64,000 nucleotides of DNA from Candidatus Latescibacterota bacterium (GTDB lineage Bacteria; Latescibacterota; UBA2968): positions 5,824,001-5,888,000 of the forward strand of contig OZ242311.1 in the NCBI GenBank assembly GCA_965207885.1. The letters run 5' to 3'. Shown here piece by piece: positions 10,196 through 20,531 of the stretch. Under the pieces are notes generated by a model. That model had not been told where the DNA came from. It saw only the letters and a list, made by a program, of their open reading frames with translations, and made no database searches. Both the position numbers and the translations under genes were made by a program. How positions within the stretch are numbered: position 1 is the first letter of the stretch; every line of letters starts with the position of its first letter.

Positions 10196-10208
10196 GTGAC
10201 TTAAACGC

Positions 10209-11882
10209 ATGAAAATAAAACGCCACAATTTTTTGCGCTCTATCTGCGCGCTGGTTTTCATTCTGGGCGCATCTTCCGTCCATGCACAGATGGATCACCA
10301 GTTACAACTCGGGCGCATTGTTAGCAATAACCGCGATAGTATCACAACGGCTGTCAGGGCTATTTCAGATGCGAAAGATGTCGCTTATTATGCCCTGATG
10401 GTCGCGCTTTTCAATGGTGAACTCTATCTGAAGAATAATGAGCTCGTCATTATCGGCGAAATGCAAGAAGACGATTATGGCGATACCTTCGCCCCGCTCT
10501 ATACCGCCTATCCCAAACGCCATCCCATTTTGGACGACGAGGGCAAGCCCCTCATCGCTCCGCTGATCGATCTTGAAGAGATTGATAGCAACCGTCGCAT
10601 CCGCTCGTTTATCCAACCCTATCTCACGCAGATGGAGATTTTTCATCCAGATCCCGGCAAGCGCCGCATTGCTGTAGAAACGCTGGGCAATCGCGGTGAT
10701 CTGGGCGCGGTCCCCATGCTGCGAGATGCTCTGGAGAAAGAAACGGATAGCAGTATTCAAAGTCTGATCCGCGTTGCTCTGGGCAAGCTCGAACTCACAC
10801 ATCCCGGTCCCGAAGTTCGTCTCAATGCGGCTAAAGCGCTGGGTGAACTCAATAATACATTTGTTCTTTCTTTTTTGCGCGCGCGCGTTGAACCCGATGC
10901 CGATGGGAATATTGCTGAGTCAGATCCGGCGGTTCAGAACGAGATACGAAATGCGATTCAGGAGTTGGAGACGTTTAACCAGATTATGGTGGTGATCCAG
11001 ACCGCTTTTGTCGGTCTCAGTCTGGGATCTATTTTGATTCTGATTGCGCTTGGTCTGGCGGTTATTTATGGGCAGATCGGTATTATCAATATGGCGCACG
11101 GCGAGTTTATGATGGTTGGGGCTTATTTTACGTTTATTGTTCAGAATATTTGTATGATTGTCCTGCCCGCTGCGTATATCGATCTGTTTTTTCTGCTGTC
11201 TTTGCCGGTTGCATTTCTCGCGGCTGGCAGTATGGGTTTGCTTGTGGAGTCTCTGGTTATTCGCCGTCTTTACAATCGTCCGCTCGAGAGTTTGCTGGCT
11301 ACATGGGGGATTGGTCTTATTCTGGTGCAACTCGCGCGTACGATTTTTGGCGATCTCACGGCTGTCAAGCTGCCCCAGATTCTAAGTGGTGGTTTTGAAT
11401 TGGCACCGCAGGTTATGTTGCCGTATAACCGGATCTTTATCATTGGTCTCACGGCTGTTATTCTGGTTGGTCTGGTCGCGTTTTTCTTTAAGACCCGGTT
11501 TGGTCTTCGGTTGCGCGCGGTTACACAAAACCGCGAGATGAGTGCTTGTATGGGTGTTCCCACCCGTCGCGTTGATGCGATTGCGTTTTTTATCGGTACG
11601 GGTATCGCAGGGATCGCGGGATGGGCTATGACGCTTATTGGCAATGTCGTGCCGAATATGGGGCAGACGTATATTGTCGATGCTTTTCTCGTGGTTGTCG
11701 TTGGCGGTGTTGGAAAAATTTTGGGGACTATTGTGGCGGGTCTCGGTATTGGCGTTTCCAATAAGGTTATTGAACCCTTTGCTGAGGCTGTTTATGCCAA
11801 GGTTCTCATTTTGGGTCTTATTATCCTCTTTTTACAGTTGCGTCCCACAGGCATCTTTCCCGCGAGGGGGAGAGACGAATAG
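10209..11882 (+). CDS. urtB: Urea ABC transporter permease with N-terminal periplasmic HEAT-like domain
   Basis: GLSLGSILILIALGLAVIYG…INMAHGEFMMVGAY, RPLESLLATWG, LRAVTQNR.M. Confidence 0.93.
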   Translation: MKIKRHNFLRSICALVFILGASSVHAQMDHQLQLGRIVSNNRDSITTAVRAISDAKDVAYYALMVALFNGELYLKNNELVIIGEMQEDDYGDTFAPLYTAYPKRHPILDDEGKPLIAPLIDLEEIDSNRRIRSFIQPYLTQMEIFHPDPGKRRIAVETLGNRGDLGAVPMLRDALEKETDSSIQSLIRVALGKLELTHPGPEVRLNAAKALGELNNTFVLSFLRARVEPDADGNIAESDPAVQNEIRNAIQELETFNQIMVVIQTAFVGLSLGSILILIALGLAVIYGQIGIINMAHGEFMMVGAYFTFIVQNICMIVLPAAYIDLFFLLSLPVAFLAAGSMGLLVESLVIRRLYNRPLESLLATWGIGLILVQLARTIFGDLTAVKLPQILSGGFELAPQVMLPYNRIFIIGLTAVILVGLVAFFFKTRFGLRLRAVTQNREMSACMGVPTRRVDAIAFFIGTGIAGIAGWAMTLIGNVVPNMGQTYIVDAFLVVVVGGVGKILGTIVAGLGIGVSNKVIEPFAEAVYAKVLILGLIILFLQLRPTGIFPARGRDE

Positions 11883-11894
11883 ACGAGATATTTT

Positions 11895-12989
11895 ATGACC
11901 TATTACCGTCCTATCATTGTATTCCTGCTCTTTGGCATTGCCGCGCCCGTGCTCAATGCCATGGGGTTGCTTTCTGATACGACGTTGAATCTCTGGGGTC
12001 GCTATTTTTGTTTTGCGATTGCCGCACTGGGGATTGATCTAATCTGGGGATATACGGGTATTCTGTCGCTGTGTCAGGCGTTCTTTTTTTGTTTGGGTGG
12101 GTATGCGATTGGGATGCACATGCTGCTCAAGACGGGTACGCAAGGGGTTTATGGGAGTACGTTGCCGGATTTTATGGTGTGGAATCGCGTGGAACAATTG
12201 CCGATTTTTTGGGAGCCTTTTCACACTTTTACATTTGCGTTTATTCTGGCGCTTATGATTCCGGCGATTATTGCGCTCATTTTTGGGTTTCTGGCTTTTC
12301 GCAGCCGGCTCCAGGGGGTTTATTTTGCGATTATTACGCAGGCGCTTGCCCTGGGGGTCTGGCTCATTTTTTTGCGGAATGAAACCATGCTCGGCGGTAC
12401 CAATGGGCTGACGGATTTTAAGACGTTGCTCGGTTTTGAGCTGGCGGATCCGGCGAGTAAACGCGGTCTTTATGTTATTGCTTTTGTCACGCTTTTTGTT
12501 TCCTATTTTTTGTGCCGCTTTGTGGTGAAATCCAAGCTCGGGCGCGTGCTTATTGCGGTTCGTGATAGTGAGCATCGGTTGCGTTTTATCGGCTATCGCG
12601 TTATGAGCTACAAGGTATTTATTTTTGTGATGGCCAGTATGCTCGGTGCTCTGGGTGGGTTGCTCTATGTGCCTCAGACCGGGATTATTACACCGGGTCG
12701 GATGGATGTGCAGGCTTCTATTGAGATGGTGATATGGGTTGCTGTTGGCGGGCGGGGGACTCTGATTGGTCCCATTGTTGGCGCGGTTCTTGTGAATCTT
12801 CTCTACAGTTTTTTGACGGGTGCGTTCCCCGGTACCTGGCTCTATTTTTTGGGATTCCTTTTTATCGGCGTTGTGCTCTTTTTTCCCGATGGTCTCATTG
12901 GTCTGCGGTCTAAGATAAAGCTAAGTAGTTTGAAGCGATTCTTGCCCACACGCATCCCAGCACCTGTACCTGCTGAAAGCCAGGATTGA
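11895..12989 (+). CDS. urtC: Urea ABC transporter permease
   Basis: ALGIDLIWGYTGILSL, LPDFMVWN, GVYFAIITQA, SIEMVIWVAVGGRGTL. Confidence 0.95.
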   Translation: MTYYRPIIVFLLFGIAAPVLNAMGLLSDTTLNLWGRYFCFAIAALGIDLIWGYTGILSLCQAFFFCLGGYAIGMHMLLKTGTQGVYGSTLPDFMVWNRVEQLPIFWEPFHTFTFAFILALMIPAIIALIFGFLAFRSRLQGVYFAIITQALALGVWLIFLRNETMLGGTNGLTDFKTLLGFELADPASKRGLYVIAFVTLFVSYFLCRFVVKSKLGRVLIAVRDSEHRLRFIGYRVMSYKVFIFVMASMLGALGGLLYVPQTGIITPGRMDVQASIEMVIWVAVGGRGTLIGPIVGAVLVNLLYSFLTGAFPGTWLYFLGFLFIGVVLFFPDGLIGLRSKIKLSSLKRFLPTRIPAPVPAESQD

Positions 12990-12990
12990 T

Positions 12991-13743
12991 ATGATTTTTG
13001 ATCCGGTTCTGCTGACTGTTGAAAATTTGCGCGTGTCTTTTGATGGATTTGTTGCGCTCGATATAGACGAGTTTGTCCTGCACGACCGCGAATTGCGCGT
13101 TGTTATTGGTCCAAATGGTGCGGGTAAGACCACTTTTCTCGATGTTTTGTGTGGGAAGACCAGACCCGATCGCGGCAGTGCGCGTTTTGAGAAGTTCGAT
13201 CTCACGCAGATGAGCGAAGATGCGATTGTCAAGGCGGGTGTTGGTCGCAAGTTTCAAACGCCGTCTGTTTTTACTTCTCTTACGGTGTACGAGAATTTGA
13301 TGCTCGCGCTCAAGACTGACCGCACGGTTCTCTTTTCGCTTGTTTCGCGTCTGTCGGATAAGAATCGCGATCGCATCCAGGCTGTTGCAGAGCAGACGGG
13401 TTTGGCTGACCATCTGCATACGGTTGCCGATGCGCTTTCGCACGGGCAAAAACAGTGGCTCGAGATTGCAATGGTTATTTTGCAAGATCCCGAGCTTTTT
13501 TTGATTGATGAACCCGCTGCTGGTATGACGGATGAAGAGACGGTTAAGACGGGGGAACTTCTCGAACGTCTGACGATGAATCACGCGATTATTGTTATTG
13601 AGCACGATATGGAGTTTGTGAGACAGATCGCCCGCACTGTTACGGTTCTCCACGAGGGCAAGGTGCTCGTTGAGGGACCGATGGATCAGGTGCAAAATGA
13701 TCCCCGGGTTATTGAGTGTTATTTGGGTAGTGCGCAGCATTGA
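12991..13743 (+). CDS. urtD: Urea ABC transporter ATP-binding protein
   Basis: Walker A GPNGAGKT, GRKFQTPSVF, LSHGQKQWLEIAM, DEPAAG. Confidence 0.95.
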   Translation: MIFDPVLLTVENLRVSFDGFVALDIDEFVLHDRELRVVIGPNGAGKTTFLDVLCGKTRPDRGSARFEKFDLTQMSEDAIVKAGVGRKFQTPSVFTSLTVYENLMLALKTDRTVLFSLVSRLSDKNRDRIQAVAEQTGLADHLHTVADALSHGQKQWLEIAMVILQDPELFLIDEPAAGMTDEETVKTGELLERLTMNHAIIVIEHDMEFVRQIARTVTVLHEGKVLVEGPMDQVQNDPRVIECYLGSAQH

Positions 13744-13763
13744 ATGGATGGGATAGGATTTTA

Positions 13764-14483
13764 ATGACGACGATCACAGATACTGCACTTACCGTTCGAG
13801 GTCTGGATGTTTATTACGGCGAGAGTCTGATCTTGCGCGATATTGATATGGATATTCCCAGGGGGGCTATTGTGGCGGTTATGGGGCGCAATGGCGTTGG
13901 GAAGACGACGCTTATTAAGACGATCATGGGTTTGTTGCAACCTCGGGGAGGCGATATTCTGTTGAATGGTGAGGATATAACGGGGCAGGCACCGGATTTG
14001 CGGGCGCGCGCGGGTTTGAGTTATGTGCCGCAAGGGCGCGAGATTTTTCCCAGGTTGACGGTGTATGAGAATTTGCAAATTGGCCTGGAAGCGCGCACAG
14101 ATGGCCTTGCATCTCTGCCGGAGGATCTGATTTACGACCTTTTTCCCGTGTTGGCCGATATGCAAGATCGAATGGGGGGTAATCTCAGTGGTGGGCAGCA
14201 ACAGCAACTCGCCATTGCCCGTGCGCTCGTTGGCGATCCGGATATTCTCATTCTGGACGAGCCTACAGAAGGTATTCAGCCTTCGATTATTCTCGATATC
14301 GAGAATGTGTTGATTCATCTGAAGGATAAAGGGAATCTCACCATTATTCTGGTGGAGCAGTACTTTGATTTTGCCCGGCAGATTGCCGATTATTTCTATT
14401 TGATGGATCGCGGAACGGTTGCGTTGTGCGGTTCTGCGGATGAGCTGTCTGACGAGAGTATTAAGCAGTATCTCACGTTTTGA
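13764..14483 (+). CDS. urtE: Urea ABC transporter ATP-binding protein
   Basis: GRNGVGKTT, YVPQGREIFPRLTV, LSGGQQQQLAIARAL, DEPTEGIQPSII. Confidence 0.95.
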   Translation: MTTITDTALTVRGLDVYYGESLILRDIDMDIPRGAIVAVMGRNGVGKTTLIKTIMGLLQPRGGDILLNGEDITGQAPDLRARAGLSYVPQGREIFPRLTVYENLQIGLEARTDGLASLPEDLIYDLFPVLADMQDRMGGNLSGGQQQQLAIARALVGDPDILILDEPTEGIQPSIILDIENVLIHLKDKGNLTIILVEQYFDFARQIADYFYLMDRGTVALCGSADELSDESIKQYLTF

Positions 14484-14495
14484 GCAGGGATTTCC

Positions 14496-15260
14496 ATGTA
14501 TTTATCGCCAAAAGAAATTGACAAATTGATGCTGCACAACGCGGGTTTTCTCGCGCAGAAGCGGTATGCCCGGGGCTTGCGTCTCAATTATCCCGAAGCC
14601 GTGTCGCTTATCGCGGCACAGCTTCTCGAGTTTATCCGCGATGGCGAGTCCGTTGCTATACTTATGGACAAAGGCAAGCAGTTGTTGGGTACGGAAGATG
14701 TTTTGCCCGGTGTTCCGGATATGGTTCACGAGGTGCAGGTGGAGGGTACGTTTCCCGATGGGACGAAGCTCGTGACGGTTCACCATCCCATTTGCCGCGC
14801 AGAAGGTGATTCTGAACTCGCGTTGTACGGTTCGGGCCTCGCGCGCGTTCGATCGCCCTGGTCACCGGATAATGCGGTTTCGGAAATGCCGGGTGCCGGG
14901 ACCACGGCGGTTGAGCCAATTACGCTCAATGCGGATCGGGAGACGATTTCCCTTTCTGTGACCAATACCGGAGATCGTCCGATACAGGTGGGTTCGCATT
15001 ATACATTTTTTGAAGTCAATCCCGCGCTTTCGTTTGATCGCGAAAAAGCCTATGGCTTCCGTCTCGATATTCCATCTGGTACTGCCGTGCGTTTTGAACC
15101 GGGGGAAAGTAGAACGGTCAATCTCGTAGCTATTGCCGGCAACCGCACAGTTTATGGGGGTAATGGCCTTATTTCGGGGCAGATTGATGAGAATAAGGCA
15201 GAGGCTTTGCAAAGGGCAGGAGACGGTGGATTTAAGGGGATTCCAAATGTCTCAGATTGA
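14496..15260 (+). CDS. ureAB: Fused urease gamma/beta subunit
   Basis: Gamma part (LSPKEIDKL…LNYPEA…[14 protein letters not shown]) joined to beta part ([13 protein letters not shown]…[15 protein letters not shown]). Confidence 0.95.
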   Translation: MYLSPKEIDKLMLHNAGFLAQKRYARGLRLNYPEAVSLIAAQLLEFIRDGESVAILMDKGKQLLGTEDVLPGVPDMVHEVQVEGTFPDGTKLVTVHHPICRAEGDSELALYGSGLARVRSPWSPDNAVSEMPGAGTTAVEPITLNADRETISLSVTNTGDRPIQVGSHYTFFEVNPALSFDREKAYGFRLDIPSGTAVRFEPGESRTVNLVAIAGNRTVYGGNGLISGQIDENKAEALQRAGDGGFKGIPNVSD

Positions 15261-16950
15261 TCGAATCGCTTATGCCAGTATGTACGGTCCCACAACGGGA
15301 GACCGCGTTCAGTTGGGCGATACCCATCTCGTCGTTGAGGTGGAGAACGATTATACGATTTACGGCGATGAGTGCAAGTTTGGCGGGGGTAAGGTACTCC
15401 GCGATGGCATGGGCCAGGCTACAGGTGTGTCGCAGGATAGGGCGCTGGATCTCGTTATTACTAATGCGCTTGTCGTTGACTATACGGGGATATACAAAGC
15501 GGATATTGGGATTAAAGACGGGCGTGTCGCCGGTATTGGCAAGGCGGGTAATCCCGATATTATGTCGGGTGTTGATTCCGATCTCATCGTGGGGGTTACG
15601 ACCGAGGTTATCGCGGGCGAAGGTCATATGCTCACGGCTGGCGCGCTCGATGTGCATGTCCACTTTATCTGTCCTCAGCAGGTTGAAGAGGCGATAGCTT
15701 CGGGTATTACGACTATGCTGGGTGGCGGTACGGGTCCGGCGACAGGGACCAATGCTACGACGTGTACACCGGGGGCGCATCACATTCGCATGATGCTGGA
15801 GTCGAGTGATGCCTTTCCCCTCAATTTTGGTTTTTTGGGCAAGGGCAATTCTTCGCTTCCGCAGGGGCTTATTGAGCAGATTGAAGGGGGTGCATGCGGG
15901 CTTAAACTCCACGAGGACTGGGGTACGACGCCTGCTGCTATTGATTCCTGTCTTTCGGTTGCCGATGAATACGATGTTCAGGTGGCGATTCATACGGATA
16001 CGCTCAATGAGTCGGGTTTTGTGGAGCAGAGCTGTGCGGCTTTTAAGGGGCGCACGATTCACACGTATCACACCGAGGGTGCGGGTGGGGGACACGCGCC
16101 GGATATTATGCGTCTTTGTGGCGAGGCGAATGTTTTGCCTTCTTCCACCAATCCCACGCGGCCTTTTACGGCGAATACGATTGATGAGCATCTGGATATG
16201 CTTATGGTGTGCCATCATCTGGATAAAAATATACCCGAGGATGTGGCTTTTGCCGAGAGCCGCATTCGGCAGGAGACGATTGCGGCAGAAGATATTTTGC
16301 ACGATATGGGGGCGCTGTCGATTATTGCATCGGATAGTCAGGCGATGGGGCGCGTGGGGGAGGTTATTTGTCGCACGTGGCAGACCGCCCATAAGATGCG
16401 CGAGCAGCGCGGTGCACTGCGCGGCGATCAGGGGAATGATAATGGGCGTGTGAAGCGGTATATCGCCAAATATACGATTAATCCCGCGACGGCTCATGGT
16501 TTGAGCGATTATATCGGTTCGGTTGAGGTGGGCAAGCTCGCGGATCTGGTGCTCTGGAAGCCATCTTTTTTTGGTGCAAAACCCGAGATGGTGATTAAGG
16601 GAGGCGTGATCGCATATTCGCAGATGGGCGATCCAAATGCTTCGATTCCCACGCCGCAACCCGTGTATCCGCGTCCTATGTTCGGCGCTTATGGCAATGC
16701 CGTGGGTTCTGCGTCTCTCGCTTTTGTCTCCAGGGTTTCGCTGGATACGGTTGGGTCTTATGATCTGTCCAAGAGCGTTGTTGCGGTGTCCAATTGTCGG
16801 GATATTGGGAAGAGGGATATGAAGCTCAACGATTTTATTCCCGATATTCACATTGATCCGGAGACTTATAGCGTTACGGTCAATGGCGAGTTGCTTACCT
16901 GTGAGGCGGCAGAGAAATTGCCGCTGGCGCAGCTTTATAATTTGTTTTGA
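15247..16950 (+). CDS. ureC: Urease alpha subunit
   Basis: [50 protein letters not shown]. Confidence 0.98.
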   Translation: MSQIDRIAYASMYGPTTGDRVQLGDTHLVVEVENDYTIYGDECKFGGGKVLRDGMGQATGVSQDRALDLVITNALVVDYTGIYKADIGIKDGRVAGIGKAGNPDIMSGVDSDLIVGVTTEVIAGEGHMLTAGALDVHVHFICPQQVEEAIASGITTMLGGGTGPATGTNATTCTPGAHHIRMMLESSDAFPLNFGFLGKGNSSLPQGLIEQIEGGACGLKLHEDWGTTPAAIDSCLSVADEYDVQVAIHTDTLNESGFVEQSCAAFKGRTIHTYHTEGAGGGHAPDIMRLCGEANVLPSSTNPTRPFTANTIDEHLDMLMVCHHLDKNIPEDVAFAESRIRQETIAAEDILHDMGALSIIASDSQAMGRVGEVICRTWQTAHKMREQRGALRGDQGNDNGRVKRYIAKYTINPATAHGLSDYIGSVEVGKLADLVLWKPSFFGAKPEMVIKGGVIAYSQMGDPNASIPTPQPVYPRPMFGAYGNAVGSASLAFVSRVSLDTVGSYDLSKSVVAVSNCRDIGKRDMKLNDFIPDIHIDPETYSVTVNGELLTCEAAEKLPLAQLYNLF

Positions 16951-16952
16951 TT

Positions 16953-17621
16953 ATGCTATTCGATCTTCTCACGCTTGCCGATAGCAATTTCCCTACGGGT
17001 GGATATGCTTTTTCCAATGGGTTGGAGGCCACCAAACAGATGGGGTTGTTGCGGTCTTCTGATGATCTGGATGCGTATCTTCAAACGGTGATTCACGCGA
17101 CGGCAAATGGTGAGATTCCGTTTATTAATACGTGTTTTAAGGGTGATTTGATTCCCGCTAATTTGACCGATGTTCTACTCGCGTACGACGCGATGCTCAC
17201 GGCACCGGCGATTGTCCGCGGCAGTGAGGTGCAAGGGCGCAATTTGTTGCGGCTGATGCGCGATTTGTATTTTTCCGATGCGATGACGCGGTTGCACAAA
17301 ATCTTACTTTCGCAACCTGTGCCGGCTCATTATACGATTGTTTTTGGTGCGACGTTCCGGATTGCGGGGCTTAAACGCGGGCAGACGTGTCGGATTTTTA
17401 TGTATCAGTTTTTGCGTGATCAGATCAGTGCAGCTGTTCGCCTGGGGCAGATTGGTCCTCTCGAAGCTGCGCGGTTGCAAAAACATCATCACAAGACGAC
17501 GATTAATGCTGTGACTTCTGTCGCGCAGGTAGATTATACGTGTGCGACGCGCTGTGCGCCCCAGTGGGATATTGCACAGGGTATGCACGAGTATCTGTAT
17601 TCGCGATTGTTTCAGAGTTAG
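16953..17621 (+). CDS. ureF: Urease accessory protein F
   Basis: [28 protein letters not shown]-terminal H…YSRLFQS. Confidence 0.93.
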   Translation: MLFDLLTLADSNFPTGGYAFSNGLEATKQMGLLRSSDDLDAYLQTVIHATANGEIPFINTCFKGDLIPANLTDVLLAYDAMLTAPAIVRGSEVQGRNLLRLMRDLYFSDAMTRLHKILLSQPVPAHYTIVFGATFRIAGLKRGQTCRIFMYQFLRDQISAAVRLGQIGPLEAARLQKHHHKTTINAVTSVAQVDYTCATRCAPQWDIAQGMHEYLYSRLFQS

Positions 17622-17631
17622 AGGATTTTCT

Positions 17632-18357
17632 ATGCACAATCACGATCATAATCACGATCATTCTCACGAGCCTTTTGATTCTGCCGGTGACTTTGCCCTG
17701 CGCGAGTCGGTTCTTTGTGACCGCGATTTTTCTCAGCGGGCGTTTACCGTGGGGGTTGGTGGTCCGGTGGGTACGGGGAAGACGGCGCTTGTTCGCGTGT
17801 TGTGCGAAGCTCTGCGCGATCGCTTTAGTCTCGGTGTGGTTACGAATGATATTTTTACACGCGAAGATGCCGAGTTTCTTTTGCGTCACAAGGTGCTTGA
17901 GGCCGATCGCATTATTGGGGTTGAGACGGGCGGATGCCCGCATGCAGCTATTCGGGAGGATATTTCGCTCAATTTGAATGCGCTCGAGGATTTGATGATC
18001 CGCTTTGGGTGCGATATCGATCTGCTTTTTGTGGAGAGTGGCGGCGATAATCTGGCGGCGCATTTTAGCAAGGAGCTTGTCGATTACGCGATTTATGTAA
18101 TTGATGTCTCCGCTGGGGATAAGATTCCCCGAAAAGGGGGTCCGGGGATTACCCAATCGGATTTGCTGGTTATCAATAAAACCGATCTTGCCGGTCTCGT
18201 TGGCGCAGACCTGGGGGTTATGGCGCGAGATGCAAAGAAGATGCGCGGCGATGGTCCCACGCTTTTTGCCTGTCTCAAACACGGGTCGGGGCTTGACGAG
18301 ATTATCGAGCATGTTCTCGATGCACGCAGGTCTGTTCTGTCACCTCAGGCGCGATGA
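17632..18357 (+). CDS. ureG: Urease accessory GTPase with His-rich N-terminus
   Basis: [37 protein letters not shown]-terminus [13 protein letters not shown]. Confidence 0.97.
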   Translation: MHNHDHNHDHSHEPFDSAGDFALRESVLCDRDFSQRAFTVGVGGPVGTGKTALVRVLCEALRDRFSLGVVTNDIFTREDAEFLLRHKVLEADRIIGVETGGCPHAAIREDISLNLNALEDLMIRFGCDIDLLFVESGGDNLAAHFSKELVDYAIYVIDVSAGDKIPRKGGPGITQSDLLVINKTDLAGLVGADLGVMARDAKKMRGDGPTLFACLKHGSGLDEIIEHVLDARRSVLSPQAR

Positions 18358-19187
18358 TGTCTTCCCTCCCTTCCCAAATTGAGGTGACTCGCAATGGCGC
18401 CCGTTCTGTCCTCTCTGCCTGTCGCTCAGTAGCACCTTTGAAGTTGCTCAATCCCGCCGCGCAGGGCGATTATTGCGCTGTTGTGCTTTCCAGTTATGGG
18501 GGCGGTATGGTGGAGGGGGATGCGACGACGCTGTGTGTGCGCTGTGGTGAGGGGGCATCTCTTTATCTGGGTACTCAGGCGTTTACCAAAGTTTATAAGA
18601 GTCCCAATGGTATTCCGTGTAAGCAGATAATTAGTGGTGAGGTCGAGGCCGGGAGCCTTGCCGTTGTTTTGCCCGATCCCGTTGTCCCTTATGCGCGAAG
18701 TGTTTTTGAGCAGGCGCAGACGTGGCATCTGGCGTCTGACGCATGTCTGGTGCTGGCTGATGGTCATACGGCTGGACGCGTGGCTTTTGGGGAGTGTTTT
18801 GGGTACACGAGTTACCGGTCTGATATTACTGTGCATACGCCCGAACGCCCGGTTCTGATCGAGCGCTATTATTCTGAGCCGGAGGCGTTGCCGCCGGTAT
18901 ATGCGGGCGCGTTTGGGGTTTATAACGTTGTTTTTAATATTTTTGTTGCTGGTTCTTCTGTGAGATTTGCATATCTGGTCAAAAGTCTTTCCCAATCGCT
19001 CACTCCTTTGTTGAAACCTTCGCAGGATTCTTTGTTGCTTTCCTTTGCTTCCCCAAGGCCCGATCTTTTTGTGATACGATCCCTCGCGCAAAATGTCGAG
19101 TGCCTTCTTCCTCTCTATACAGCCCTCCGCAATGCAATCGCCCATCCCAATGTTCTCGGTGCAGATCCGCTGGCGCGAAAGTATTGA
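18354..19187 (+). CDS. ureD: Urease accessory protein D
   Basis: [39 protein letters not shown]-terminus. Confidence 0.9.
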   Translation: MMSSLPSQIEVTRNGARSVLSACRSVAPLKLLNPAAQGDYCAVVLSSYGGGMVEGDATTLCVRCGEGASLYLGTQAFTKVYKSPNGIPCKQIISGEVEAGSLAVVLPDPVVPYARSVFEQAQTWHLASDACLVLADGHTAGRVAFGECFGYTSYRSDITVHTPERPVLIERYYSEPEALPPVYAGAFGVYNVVFNIFVAGSSVRFAYLVKSLSQSLTPLLKPSQDSLLLSFASPRPDLFVIRSLAQNVECLLPLYTALRNAIAHPNVLGADPLARKY

Positions 19188-19484
19188 AGCGGTCAGTGTT
19201 TAGCCTGCCCCGGGCCCCAACGGTGCACAACTGCGATAGCAATTAATCCCCAGTAGTACTTGATATTCCCCGAAATATGAGTTAGTTTGATGTTTAAGGC
19301 GACAACACCGTACTCACCCCTTCGACAAATCAGCGATCCTCTCCCTCCCAATAGCTGCAAATAAAAAAACGTGCTTAAATACCCTTGATGATTTTGGCAG
19401 GTGAGAGTATAATAGTGTAGAATTGAGTTTTAATAAAATTTAAACTTTTATTTTCCAATAGTTTATATAGTTTTTTGGTCGAAA

Positions 19485-20531
19485 ATGGAGTATTTTACCA
19501 TGCCTTATCCCAGGACCGTAGAGGAACTCAAAGAAAATGCTGTGATCTATTGGCCTTCTGAGATAGCTGAGAAAGAGAGAAATTCCAGTATTATTCCATT
19601 GCTCCTCGCAACGCAAGATCATTTTATCAGTGTACTACATCTTGCGGATAAAGACCCTTATGCTTGGACTCAACTCTTGTCTCTCACGGATGCGCTCTAT
19701 CCTAATCTTTTTTTAAAACACCTTTGTATTTTATCCGATATAGGTGGAGAAAGCTTAAAACGCTTTGCAACAGAGTTTCCGAGGGTATTCCAAAACGAAA
19801 GTTTTCAATTTATCTTTCGCGATAAAATTTATGAGCATGAAATGAATTCTCTTTTTCAGGGCAAGAAGTGGAGCAATCCCAGTTTAGGGCTTGACGGAGA
19901 TGGTCTTCAGCAACATTTTGATCTTATAGACGGCATTTTTGATGTCAGTATTCTGATCCTCTTTGGGAGTTTGTCAATTAATACTTTGCCAGAAGAAATC
20001 CAAAACAAATGTGTTATTGGCTCAATGCTTGGCGACAAGAGACAATTAAAAAAATACATCAAAGAACGATATATCTGGGTGAGTCGAATTACTGGAGGCG
20101 CAACATCCAACAGGATGGGTAATCTTGCTCAGGACTATGTCAAAGAACGGTTGGCACAATATCTTCCGCGTTGGAATTTTTCCAGATCTACTATTCCTGG
20201 CATCAGCCAAAATGAAGGCAGGACAGATACGAGATTTGACATCGTTGGTACAAGCCCTGATGGTAGTACTTCCTGGGGTATTGAAGTGAGTTTTCAATTC
20301 ACGACAAATAGCGTTGTAGAAAGAAAGGCCAAACTCGCATATGATAGACAAATGCTTCTTCATGACAAAGGCCATAAGGTTGCGTATGTCGTTGATGGCG
20401 CAGGTAATTTTGAACGTCGTTCTTTTGTCCAAGATTTAATCGACTATAGTGATTGTATTGTCAATTTTAGTGAAATCGATATCCAATATCTTGCAAAGAC
20501 TATGGAAGGAAATGTTTCAAATGGCACATAG
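19485..20531 (+). CDS. Type II restriction endonuclease, BanI/HgiCI-like
   Basis: SIIP.L..TQD.FIS, PNLFLKHL..L.D.GGE, YI.VSRITGGA..N, FD…IEVSFQ.TTNS..ERKA and DGAGNF.R match my recollection of R.BanI. Lower GC than the flanks. Confidence 0.8.
   Translation: MEYFTMPYPRTVEELKENAVIYWPSEIAEKERNSSIIPLLLATQDHFISVLHLADKDPYAWTQLLSLTDALYPNLFLKHLCILSDIGGESLKRFATEFPRVFQNESFQFIFRDKIYEHEMNSLFQGKKWSNPSLGLDGDGLQQHFDLIDGIFDVSILILFGSLSINTLPEEIQNKCVIGSMLGDKRQLKKYIKERYIWVSRITGGATSNRMGNLAQDYVKERLAQYLPRWNFSRSTIPGISQNEGRTDTRFDIVGTSPDGSTSWGIEVSFQFTTNSVVERKAKLAYDRQMLLHDKGHKVAYVVDGAGNFERRSFVQDLIDYSDCIVNFSEIDIQYLAKTMEGNVSNGT

Noticed and set aside
15232-16851. Long antisense ORFs (539 aa opposite ureC; also 28932-30155 and 26813-27802)
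   Set aside because: Shadow frames of strongly conserved genes with biased codon usage and no recognisable motifs.
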